A stretch of DNA of 64,000 nt, from NCBI GenBank assembly GCA_965287045.1, contig OZ336878.1, positions 106,020,001-106,084,000 on the forward strand, given 5' to 3'. Source of the stretch: Carcharhinus amblyrhynchos (Eukaryota). A program made the translations under genes and the position numbers. Positions within the stretch are counted from its first letter, which is position 1. Each line of letters starts with the position of its first letter. Below, piece by piece: positions 52,801 to 64,000 of this stretch. A model generated the notes under the pieces. It did not search any database. It was not told the DNA's origin and saw only the letters and a list, made by a program, of their open reading frames with translations.

Positions 52801-53965
52801 TGCCGACTAATTGTTGTCATCTCCAAATAGTTTTCCTGAATCTTCTCCATAATTAGCAACTTGTTTAGCCGCAAGTGTTGGAAACGCTGCTATGGGAAAC
52901 ATAGATCTTTCTGAATTGCCTGATGATTGTATCTATGCACCATGTCAAGTGGGAAAGATGCTTTGTCCTTCAATGAAATGTATTGTGTGTTTTTTTTAAT
53001 CTATGTGTGCAAATCAATATCTTGGGGAGCAGCAAATGCAGAGCTAACCACAATTTAAAACATTACTATGGTTGTATTTGGTGATGTTTATCTATTAGTT
53101 GAAATCATATACTTAACTTGGATACTTCAATAGCAAAAATGGAGCTTAGATGGCAACTTTCATGAACTTCACACTCTTTACGACGTTGGAATTTTAATGA
53201 CATAACATAATTTTAAGTTGTTTGAATGTAAAGTTGTGACGTTCTGAGGCATCGAGTAAGTCCACTTATGAAATGTTAGCATTGTCATTTCTAAAATATG
53301 CTTTACGTAATATCGAAGTGATCTGGTTATACCCATTTCGTTTTGAAGTTTCCTGATTTCTGAAAGCAAGATTAAAAACAGAATTTCAATGGACATATGA
53401 ATTTAAAAAAAATGACGCTTTATTTTAAAAATGAGAGTTCCCCTGTTTGTGAAAGAATGTGCACTTTTCGGGTACGACTGTCAGGCATCAGGCAATATTA
53501 ACTGATAACCTAATCATTAATGGAAACAATGAAATTGAACATCGAATTCCGAAAAACAAATCCTGCACGTTCTGCCGACCAACAAAAATCGACACGCATC
53601 CTTGTATTCAAAAGTCGGTTAACGTCTGTCTAAAACGCGAACAGCCATGAATGCAGGGCAAATCAGAGTGTTGGGGCTGCTGGTACGTTTGAAGCAGTGA
53701 ATAAAAGAAAAAAACATATCAGATACCACAAAACTGCAGGAAATTTTAAATTGGCTAATGTAAACGAGTCATATTAATGTCCGAAATGTGGGCAAATTTC
53801 GGAGGCGCTGCAACTCTGCGCCCAATAAAATGGGAGCGCACGCAGATCAAAGCCGAGCGATGTCTTAAACCTGCAGACAAGCCCTACACATCGAAGTTGC
53901 CGCTATGTCGTGTTAATCGGTACCTGACACCAGTTTCCCTGACTGTATATGAGCAGTTATTGTGT

Positions 53966-54045
53966 CCCCCACACCACCCCTCCCCCCCACGCACCCACCA
54001 CCCTCCCCCCCCCCCCCCACCGCCCCACCCCCCCACCCCCCCCGC
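53966..54045. repeat. C-rich low-complexity tract (G-quadruplex-capable on minus strand)
   Basis: Many consecutive C3-C14 runs separated by short spacers. Confidence 0.85.
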
Positions 54046-56199
54046 CTCCTTCTGGTGGTCGCTCGCACGTTACTACAGTCAGCGTCCACACTTACACGTG
54101 CACTTGCCAAATGATACGCTTTTCACCAAAACCTGTATACCACTGAGAGAATTCTTTCAGCGCTGAATGCTTTGTACGGGATTTGTTAAAATGTGAATCA
54201 ATTAATCTTTTATTTGAATGAAACATGATATAATAGGCATTGTTGATACGTCTAGCATTCAACAGAAGCGTGCCCAAATTTAATTGCGTTGCCAAATGGC
54301 TTGAATATGTTAAAAAAAAAGTTAAAGCAAGTTGCAATAATAGGAAAGGAAGGAGATTAAAAAAAAGACAATAATTTTAATCTCTCAACAAATATTGCAA
54401 AAATCAAGAACGCAAAATTCTTATTCTACTTAAACATCAATACTCAGATAGCATGACTATCACTGGAATAGAAAATGCGTTTTCTTCATCATGTCAGTGT
54501 TCAACGGTTGTGTTGCTAAATCTCCTCTCTGCGAACGTTCATTATGACCCGGTTGTCAGTCAGGGCTATCCATGCATTCTTGTATATCCTTCAGTGCAAA
54601 GCGTCCATTCATTGATAATAACTTTATACCTGTCGCAAATAATCGTTTCCCTCTGGCAGCATGTGCCCCTTCTTAAGGACAATATAAAATTAAGGCCTAA
54701 GTATGTAATTTCTCTCCATGTCTACATCTTAGTTCTTATACCTATGCTTTTGCCATTGATATGCTAATAAACGCCCCAAAACGTAATATTATTTCAGATG
54801 ACCATTTATTTATAGGATTACTACTTATTCTTCCAGTTTATAATTTATTTTCCCTTACAACGTTTGAAACCGGTGCCTCCTTCTAACAGATATCCGGCAT
54901 TGTCCTCAGACACCATTTTTTTTTTCAACTTGATCTTGCGATTTAATCATGTTATTATCTGAACAGACTTGCTTTATATTAAGTTTGCATCATTTCCACT
55001 TATACACGAAATACGCTTTAAACGCACCAATTAGTTGATTGTACTTTGTCAATTTGGATTCCAATTTACGAAAGCTCCTTCAGAAACAACTAATATTCTC
55101 CACACTAGAATATTGTGCGGAGAACAATATTCTCAATGTATAAATGACTCCCTTCTGGGTTTTTCACACATCATGAACCGGACTGCTGTTAACTGCGAAG
55201 TGTCCAGACTTGGAATCAGGGGTTCGTGGCGTTTTATAGTCTGGTATAAAGGAACTGTGTGAGGGGCCAAATGTAGCGCAACTGAGAAAACAAGACTAGT
55301 TCAGTCGCAGAATAACACTTCCAAAAGGTGACTCATTGCAATACAGGAAGGACAAAAATGCGCAACATGTAAATCTAAGACACTGACGTAGAAGAGTACT
55401 GAACATAATCACACAGTTTAAAAATGGATTACCATTCTGGTCCAAAGTACGTTTGCAAGATCCGAACTATTTTAGGACTTCCCGCTTCCCAAGCAACTTC
55501 CACACAATGCATCTATAAATGAACGCCAGTTGACAGTTATCATACTGCACACGATTGAATACTTATTCTGGGAAAGGTCTCTACCTGGTGCAGAGAATTA
55601 ACGTATGGTAATTTCCTCCAGGAACAACTGAGGTCCAATATCGTGACATATGTTCAACATGCACAGCAGGATCCTTTAGGGAAATGTGAGGAAAACTCTT
55701 TGTGTTGTGAAATTCTGAAGTGAACTGCCTTCGAAATTGGCAGAGTTGATTCCTCATGACCTTCAAAACTCTATGGATGAACAGTTGGCACGTCATATTG
55801 TTCAAGGCTAAGTGCCGAGAGCTGCTAAATTGGATTAGGTGAAAAGCCACTGGTCTGTGAACCAGCACTGGTTTACAAGCTGTTGCCTGAACTCCGCACT
55901 TGAGGCTGCTTGATGAATACTGTGCATTGGCCCCACAAATGTTTGTCAATTACATCATTGTTTCCCTTTTTTGGGACGCTGTCCATATGTGTGGCTGTCT
56001 TTCCACTCTGTTAGTCCCAAAATTAGCATCTGTCTGTCTTCTCTGAATGGCACTCCTTTCTAGTCCAAATGTTTCATATTAATTGGGCGATGTCTTACTG
56101 TTTCATGCGGCTATAACTGCTCATCTCGGTATTGGGGGATGCCACCCTGTGGAATACCTTTGAAATGCCTGTGGCTTCTAAATCCGTTACTGGCTGTCA

Positions 56200-56500
56200 T
56201 GTCGTAGAAGCATAGAATCGAAGAATCTTACAGATACAGCGCCGACGAGGTCCTTTGGCCCATTGATTCACTTTCGGCACACAAAAAAAAACACCGGTCT
56301 TCCCACCTAATCCCATTTATCAATACTTGGCACTTAGCCTTGATCAATAAGATGTGTCAAGTGTTCATCCAGTAATTTTTTAAGGGCATGCTGCAATCGC
56401 CTCATGAACCCTCGAATAATTCACTCCAGAACGTCGCAACCCTGTGGGGAAAAATATCCTCACATCCCCCAAAGAGTTCTTCTCCGCATCTTGAACATAT
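56200..56500 (-). mobile_element. Decayed CR1 3' end
   Basis: catagaatcgaagaatcttacag...cctttggcccatt tail and caaccctgtggggaaaaatatcctcacatcccc. Confidence 0.55.
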
Positions 56501-56908
56501 ATCACGATATGTTGTGGCATCGCTACCCTCACGCTGCAAATGCTTGCTTATCTAATCCATTGATTACTGCTTCATACAGAAGTAATTACAATTTATCAAC
56601 GGAGACTGTGCGGTAGATGCGTTGACCAAAGCAGGCTCAGAAGATCATAATGGCTGTTCATTTTTTTTTGCTGGAAATTAAGTCCTTTGGAAAAATAGAG
56701 AATTAAGGAGACGCGGATGGATTACCACGTTGATCAGTGTGAATGCCATACTTCTACCAGGCGCTGGTGGGTTTGGGAGCTTAATGGTGGGGCGGGGTTG
56801 GTCAGTCGGGGCAAGTGAGGGGGTATTGATAGCGGACAAACTTGTCCTTGATGTCCAAGTGCATCATTCGATTATTTGAAGCCGGTCGGCAGAGTCTAGG
56901 GCACGCTT

Positions 56909-57720
56909 AGAACACAAGAACATAAGAAATAGGAGCAGGAGTAGGCCATCTAGCCTTTCGAGCCTGCCCCGCCATTCAATAAGATCATGGCTGATCTGAA
57001 GTGTATCAGCTTCACTTTCCCGCTTTCTCCCCATAACCCTTAATTCCCTTGTCTATCAGAAATCTATCTACCCCTACCCGTGACTTAAATATATTCACCG
57101 AGGTAGCCTCCACCAAATCAATGGGCAGAAAATTCCAGAGATTCGCCACCCTTTGAGTGAAGAAATTCCTCCTCAACTCCGTTCTAAAATGCGCCCTCTA
57201 CCCCGCGCCCCCCCCCCCCTTATTTTGAGGCTGTGCCCTCTTGTTCTGATTTCCTTCATAAGCAGAAAGTATCCCTCTACCTCTACCCTATCTAGCCCCT
57301 TCATTATCTTGTAAGTCTTGATGAGATCCCCCCTCAGCCTTCTAAACTCTAACGAGTACAGTCCCAGTCTATTCAACCTCTCCTCATATGCCAACCCCCT
57401 CATCTCCGGTAACAGTCTGGTGAACCTTCTCTGTACTCCCTCCAAGGCTAATATATCCTTTCGCAAATAAGGGGACAAAACTGCACACTCCAGTTGTGGC
57501 TTCACCAGTGCCTTGTACATTGCAGCAAGAACTCCCTGCTTTTATATTCTATCCCCCTCGCTATAAAGGCACACATTCTATTCGCCTTCTTGATCACCTA
57601 CTGCACCTGCAGACTGAGTTTTTGCGATTCGTGCACAAGGACCCCCTCTGCACAGTAGCATGCTGCAGCTTTTCACCCTTTAAATAATAATTCCTCCGAC
57701 TATTATTTCTACCAAAGTGG
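56909..57720 (-). mobile_element. Young 5'-truncated CR1 LINE, related to 20950-21821
   Basis: ORF 57173-57520 YKALVKPQLE...[43 protein letters not shown]. Tail agaacacaagaacataagaaataggagc. Confidence 0.92.
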
Positions 57721-59627
57721 AATCCTTACACTGCTGTTATTCCGCTCCTTCTGAAGACAGCAGCCTCGCTGAGCATCCCTCCATACAAAACCCGCCATTT
57801 TTGTAGAGATCTCTAAATCCAGATCGGGTTACGTGGCAGCAGCTCTAAAGCAGAAATACTTCTTTTCGCGGCCATCCAGTTGCATGTTCAAGGCCGAGCG
57901 AAGAGCCTACTCCATGAAGGAACAGCGTTTGGTACGTGAGGGCGGTCGACGTTCTTGGATGAAAATCACCAAACTGGGCAGGACGGCTGCTGCATATCAA
58001 TTCACTGCCTACGAAGATCTATACCCCTGCCTTTCCGCGGCTGCCTTGACATTTCAAAAGAATTCGATGTCTCGAGCATTTGACTGTAGTAATAATCTAA
58101 ATTTCACAGCGCTTAATTCATTTTAGCGCTACTTATTTACAAATGCCATCATTTCTTTAACTCTCAATCCTCTGCCTCATACTTCCAATACACTGGTTAA
58201 CATCAGTGAAAAACTGATAATTTGGTGCAGTTCATGACTTACGGACGTTGACAGTGCAGAGCTCCTTTGGTACGTATGCTCTTGGAGCCGTCGTAGCGAA
58301 ATCCGCTGAGCTATGTTCTACTGTATTTATCACGTCAGATCCAAAATATTAAAGTCGTGGTGTCCTGTTTCACATCTGTGATAGTTAGGATGGGAGTCCC
58401 GAAGAAACCGTTTTCCATGTCACTGTCACTTAAACCCATGCTGTTTCATTGTGTTCTTGCTAATAGACTTTAGGCTTTAGACACTCGACCTCAGAGATTT
58501 GTTGGTAATATGCGATAACCAACTTTCTTCGTTGAAAAAACAAACGAATTACCTCTGTTACCAAATTGAAGCACTATTGCTCAAAAAAGTATTTTGCAAT
58601 AAGTAATAGTTATTTTATATAAATGAGATGTAATGTTAAATAAGATCCACAGTTGCAGATTTTGCACTGATACAAACGTGTAATACCGAGCTGAGTAAGT
58701 AAGGTTAATTATCTTTATCTTCAATAATTACATCTGCATCTCTTACTTGGCTCTCACTTTGAATGTATCATATAGTAATAGTCATCTATGCATTTTACGA
58801 CGAAGCTGACCTACGGTGGCTGCAAGGAAGATATATTTTCCATATGCATACTTCAGTGACTCAAACAATATTACCGTTAAAAATATATACTATATCCATG
58901 TTAATCGCGTGATTAATGAATGCATATTACCTGCCCAAAGTTCTGAAACTGAAATAAGACATTCAAGTGCAATATGATATTATCCAAATATACCGTTACT
59001 TTTAAAATTGCGAGGTAGAACCATTTTAAAAAGTAAAAATAAAGTCTTAGTTGCAACATATGAACACTGACATAGAGCACTGAAAATTCGGAACTGTAAT
59101 ATTAACTTCCAGGTCTGAATCAGAAATATTTACTTTACATACAGTAGACTTGATGTTCTTCTTACTTCCCATGACACACAAAATGCTACATCCATCCAAA
59201 CGTTCCCTGTCAGTCGTATCCTGCGATCGAGTTTTACCTCGTCCAAACAAAGGAACACATATATATTATTTGATTCGTTATTCTTTATTTGTTTTTGATT
59301 CCGCTTGACCACGGTGCAATATTTAAAACTCCCAGTCACCGTTATGGGAAAGAATCTGTTTGTCACAGGCAGGTAAATACGTCTAACCTGCGGTCTTTTG
59401 GGCGGGCTTCTGCGGTCAGAAGGTGGACGGCTGGCAGAAGAATGTCGAGTGATTCTGGAGAGATAGGTCAGCCAGAGTGTATGTCAGTCCAGCGTGCGTG
59501 GGGAGGGAAGGGAGGGGGCGGAGAGGGTGTGAAGCGGGGGGAGGTGGGAGAGGTGCAGATAGGAATAGTTGATGGAGAAGGGATTTGGTCGGAGTTCATG
59601 GGCATTGAGTGTTTGCGGTGTGGATTT

Positions 59628-59893
59628 AAATTATAGCTTTAAATTAAGGGGTGGTAATTATAGGACAGATGCCAGAGGTAGGTTCTTTACTCAGAGGGCA
59701 ATAAGGGCGTGGAATGCCCTGCCTGCAGCAGTTATGGACTCGCCAACTTTAAGGGCGTTGAAATGGTCAGTGGATAGGCAGATGGATAACATTGGAATAG
59801 TTTAGGTTAGAGGGTCATTAGATTGGTTCCACTGGTCGGCGCAACATCGAGGGCCGAAGGGCCTGTACGGCGCTGTAATGTTCTATGTTCTAT
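59628..59893 (+). mobile_element. CR1 (HER1-like) 3' end insertion
   Basis: YSFKLRGGNYRTDARGRFFTQRAIRAWNALPAAV. Tail gagggccgaagggcctgt...atgttctatgttctat. gattt on both sides (59623-59627, 59894-59898) is a possible TSD. Confidence 0.85.
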
Positions 59894-60574
59894 GATTTGG
59901 GCTTGTGGGATTCAGACGTTCAGGCGTATGAACTGGTAGTCCAACAGGGTGTAGGTTTGGAGAAGGTCCCTGCACTGTCATGATCACCCAACATGGAATT
60001 GTATTTTAAAGCATTCAATGTGCCTGCTAAGAGTGTGGCAGTCTTTCGTATAATCATGTTCACAGAAGTTTCCACGTGCACGGTAATATTCCGAGTAAAT
60101 TTGCAACTTTACTGGAAAATCAGAACAGTCACTGTCAGAGGATTATCGGGGATGAGAAGTGAGGTCCAGCCTGGTTAAATTTGACGGATCTTCAACGCCA
60201 TGCCACGTGTAGGCCACGAGGTCGAGCGTGGTTGAAGTCGACGGATGTCCAGTGTCATTGCCAGGTTGAGGCCACGAAGAATGGAACATCTGCTTTAAAT
60301 TGATAGTAGGCAGTTGCAAAAGCGGAAGGCTGCGTATGATGCATTTTTCACCTGTGTTGTGGTACCCATTATAGTTTCGTGTAATGTCTCATTTTCGCGC
60401 ATTGCGTAAGTCCGACCGAAAGGAATATATTCAACAACGCGTCCGCCTCTTGCAAAACGTATGTTTGCTTTTTCCTATCCCATTGAATGCCATTGGCTAA
60501 GCTATTGTTGGTGATACAGATCTTGCAGCCAATTTTGTAATTTTATTCTGTTTTGGTTTATATTTACGACGCTA

Positions 60575-60617
60575 CCCCCCCCCCCCCACCCCCCCCCCCC
60601 CCCCCCCCCCCCACCCC
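60575..60617. repeat. Poly-C tract (C13-A-C24-A-C4)
   Basis: Direct inspection. Confidence 0.9.
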
Positions 60618-61589
60618 GCGGTTCATTATTTACTTCTGCTTTATTGTGTCAAATGAAACACCAATCCAGGGAGTTGAAGTATGAAACATCCATGGTGGCG
60701 AGATAAATTATTAGGAAGAAATTAAGATATTGCAATCAGTCGTTCTTTGCTATTAATAACACATTTCCCACTCCACATAACTGAAGGTGTTATATAGCAT
60801 ATAAGTAAATTAACAGTACTAAGTAATGATCATATAAATTAAAATATACAGTTCGAAAAATTGTAATGTTACACAATACACAATTTATAACTTTAAATGC
60901 ATGAATCGTTGAAAATTAATGCATTCACTGTCATTATATGACAATAATTGTGACACTTAAGATATAGTGTTGCATGATGAATGTTGTGAAGCTGTTCTTA
61001 TTTCAAGTTTCCCAATATGTGTGTGTGTCACGAAAGCTGTACAGTATAACAATGTCATGTAATCATCCTTGTTTTCTATGGCATTCTTTGGCAAGTGTGT
61101 TTGTTTATAGGTTTTTTTGGGTGGAACAGTAATTAGTTGTCAACGTCCATGAAATGACATTTGTTTTCTCTCTTCTTTTTTAATGATAAAAGTTATTGCT
61201 AATTTTCGCCCCTCAATGTTAACTATGTTCTTAAATAAAATTCATTTGATTATAGCTCTCTACTGGGTCATTTGAATCATACCAAAATGAAACATCTGGT
61301 GCTTGTTCTAGCCAAGTTCAAAATGCAAATTTTATCGTCCTGGCTGACTTCATAAAAGAGTTTCGAATTTCTGACCTGGATCATAGCGCTACTAAAATGT
61401 TAACGAACTGATTAAAATGAGAGGGATATAATTTCGTGTAAATGTAAATTTTGAAATAAATATATGCGAAAGCAACAAAAATTACGTGACGTAAGGTAGT
61501 GATTCAACTAATATAAAACTCGCTCAACACATCAGCTTTCCATAAAGTAAAAAAAAATCAATGCAATGGAATCAACAATTGTTGCTTAC

Positions 61590-61625
61590 TGGATTCTTTC
61601 GTAGACCTTTTGAAAGCAGCCAATT
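61590..61625 (-). other. Candidate 36-nt micro-exon (phase 1-1 reads xLAAFKRSTKESx)
   Basis: Minus strand: ttttaaatatcccttag|aattggctgctttcaaaaggtctacgaaagaatcca|gtaagc. Confidence 0.2.
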
Positions 61626-62019
61626 CTAAGGGATATTTAAAATAAAATTCGTCAAGGTATTAGGAGGTACAGGCAGATGCATGCAAATGCTTTGGTTGAA
61701 TGCACATGTAACACATGTTTTCTTGTTCATTACGTATCAAAAATATGCAACAAGCAGCCGAGTTTCTGGTTTGGAAATCTCATATTGGTAACATTATGTT
61801 TCCACATTCTTTTACTGTTCAAATTTAAGGGTTGCTTTCCAATATTAAGAATGAATGTATGACATCACATCAATGAGCAGTTGGAACAATCGACGTTGCT
61901 GATAAAATTCAACAGGTTTGAATGGAGATGTAGAGAGAAAAACAGATTTAACACACCGAGTAAAATATAAAACTTTATTTACAGATTTGGTGGTCTTAAG
62001 GTTTATCCCTTGCAGATGC

Positions 62020-63295
62020 AATTAAGAATCTTATTAGTGCAGCATAGTTTTGCACATGTTAGGTCATGTCTCACTAACATTGTGGAGTTTTTTGAGGAGG
62101 TGACAAAAGTGATTAAGAGGGAGGAGCTGGGGATGTAGCCTATACGGTCATTGGTGAGGACCCTCATAACAGGTTGGTGCAAAATATTAAATCTCATGGT
62201 ATCAGTGCTGAACTAGGTAGATAGATTCAAAAATTGTTTAGCCATAGAAGTGGTAGTGGTGAAAGTGTGTGTGTTTTTGTTTCTGAATGGAGGTCTTTAA
62301 TTACTGTTGTTCCACGGGAATCAACGCTGGGACTTTATATATATATATATATATATAAATGACTTGGAAGAAAATGTAGCTGGTTTGATTAGCAATTTGC
62401 AGATGATAATAAGATTGAAAGAGTTGTGGAAACGGATGAAGGTTGTCAGCGGATACAGCAGGATAGAGAGAGAGACTGGAAAATTTGATCGAGAAATTGC
62501 AGATCGAATTTAAACCAGACAAATGCGATGTAATGCATTTTGGTCGATCCAGTTCAGGTGGAAATTATAAGATAAATGGCATAAACAACAGGAGTATATA
62601 CACACATAGAGATCTAGGAATACACGTCCACAGATCCTTAGAAGTGGCAGAATAGGTGGAAAAAGTGGTGAAGAAAGCATATGGCATGCTTGCCTTCATT
62701 GGACGGGGCATCGGGTATAAAAGCTGGCCAATTATTTTACAGTTGTATGAAACATTGGTTCGGTCACATTTGGAATATTGTGCCGAATTCTGGTCTCTAC
62801 ACTTTCAGAAGGACGTTGACACTTTGAAGAGAGCGTAGAAAAGGTTTACCAGGATGTTGCCTCGTTTGGAGGTCATTAGCTTTGAAGAGAGATTGAATAA
62901 ACTGGGATGTTTCTCCCTGGAGAAACGGAGGCTGACGAGGGATCCAGATAGACGTTTATAAAATTATGAAAGGATCAGGTAGGGTGAACAGTTGGAAGCA
63001 TTTTCTCAGGACCGAAATAACAATTACATGGGGTGGGGGGGGGGGGGCGCAGTGGTGTTGGGAGGAGGTCGCGGAGATTCAGTGGACATTTGCAAAATAT
63101 TTATTTTTAACACAGAGGGGCCGGGGTTCGGAATGCCCTGCCAAATTGCGTTTGCCACATTTAAGACCAATCTTGATAAGCAAATGATCAAATGGGAATG
63201 AAGGAATATGAAGGGTTGTGTTAGATAGGAAAACGTGATCGGCTCAGGCTTGGAGAGGTGAACGGCCTGTTCCTGTGTTGTAGTGTGCTTTGCTC
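62020..63295 (+). mobile_element. CR1 LINE, RT to 3' end, decayed; contains expanded (TA)n at about 62336-62357
   Basis: RSCLTNIVEFFEEVTKVI, IYINDLEENVAGLIS and EKVVKKAYGMLAFIGRGIGYKSWPIILQLYETLVRSHLEYCAEFWS. Tail ggcctgttcctgtgttgtagtg. Confidence 0.88.
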
Positions 63296-63299
63296 TAAT

Positions 63300-63412
63300 G
63301 TTGAAACGACAAGTCATTTACTCTCCCCACTAAAGCTGCCAGGGCGGCAGAGATGCTGACACATTTTCAATTTCATTTCACATTTCCAGCTACTAAAGCA
63401 TTTTGCTACTTT
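63300..63412 (+). mobile_element. Second, more decayed Penelope-derived terminal fragment
   Basis: ttgaaacgacaagtc...ctctccccactaaagctgccag...tttcacatttccagc...cattttgct is collinear with 27301-27410. Confidence 0.4.
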
Positions 63413-64000
63413 ATACTGAATATTTAGCTGAATTTGTACAAGAATACAAAAGGACAATGTGTTCTTCCACCATGTGCTTATCTGAAAGAGGAACCCAATT
63501 TAATACTGTTGTCCTCCAACGTTTAATATATAAAAGTTCTCAGGTACTTTCAACCCCAGATGGATTCAATGCGACCAACAATTTTCATGCCAGGTTAGAA
63601 TTCAATATTATCTCATCATGTCAAAAGTGTTAAAGTGCTGTTTGCAGCACAAAGAATCATTTAGCTGTTTGATATTATCACAGACCTCCGTGGAGCAGTG
63701 GAATTTGTCCTATTCCATTGAATGATGATTGTCTCTAAGTGCATGCCTGAACTTGCTTTGAAATCATTACCTCTGCTTAAAAGATCACATTATTCAATGA
63801 GGTACAGGACATTGCAAATCGGTACCTTTAAAACAACATAATTCCTAACGTTCTTTGGATCACCTGTACACAGGATATCTTAACTGCTGCTGATATCTGT
63901 ACTTGCAGCTGGTCGGAACGGTGCTTCCTTGCCTGACCAATAGAAGTCTGTTATAAAGTGTACTCGTCTCTCAAGTCTCGAACTTTTTTTTTCCCAAAAA

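Noticed and set aside
53777-54166. 129-aa proline-rich ORF, the longest GC-rich ORF in the track
   Set aside because: The open frame is explained by the stop-free poly-C tract. No recognisable domain.
1-64000. Prokaryotic systems (CRISPR arrays, operons, retrons, defence islands) and tRNA/rRNA genes
   Set aside because: No repeat-spacer array or dense long ORFs. RT motifs belong to eukaryotic LINEs, and the tRNA-like boxes are SINE heads.

Overview
AT-rich, repeat-dense vertebrate genomic DNA. The repeat families (CR1/HER1-type LINEs, HE1-type V-SINEs, a Deu-domain SINE, Rex1/Babar LINEs, Penelope-derived tails) point to a cartilaginous fish, most likely a shark; this is an inference from remembered family motifs, not a database hit. 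I recognise no intact protein-coding gene, RNA gene or CRISPR array. The recognisable ORF-track entries are fragments of decayed retrotransposons (CR1, CR1/L2-group, Rex1, RTE, Gypsy integrase), and most others look like chance ORFs. There is one 134-bp assembly gap. The signals most worth follow-up are: (1) a series of minus-strand exon-like units in non-repeat DNA, many frame-symmetric and some disabled, possibly a divergent or decaying gene, with one weak MAJIN-like motif; (2) a 135-bp-arm inverted repeat with a perfect 45-bp inner stem; (3) little apparent CpG depletion; (4) a multi-level nested LINE stack; (5) a young CR1 fragment lacking its 3' end; (6) recurrent poly-G/C expansions; (7) a candidate solo LTR; (8) a decayed Penelope hammerhead. 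I cannot support a claim of a new biological system from the sequence alone. Boundaries of old repeats are approximate.
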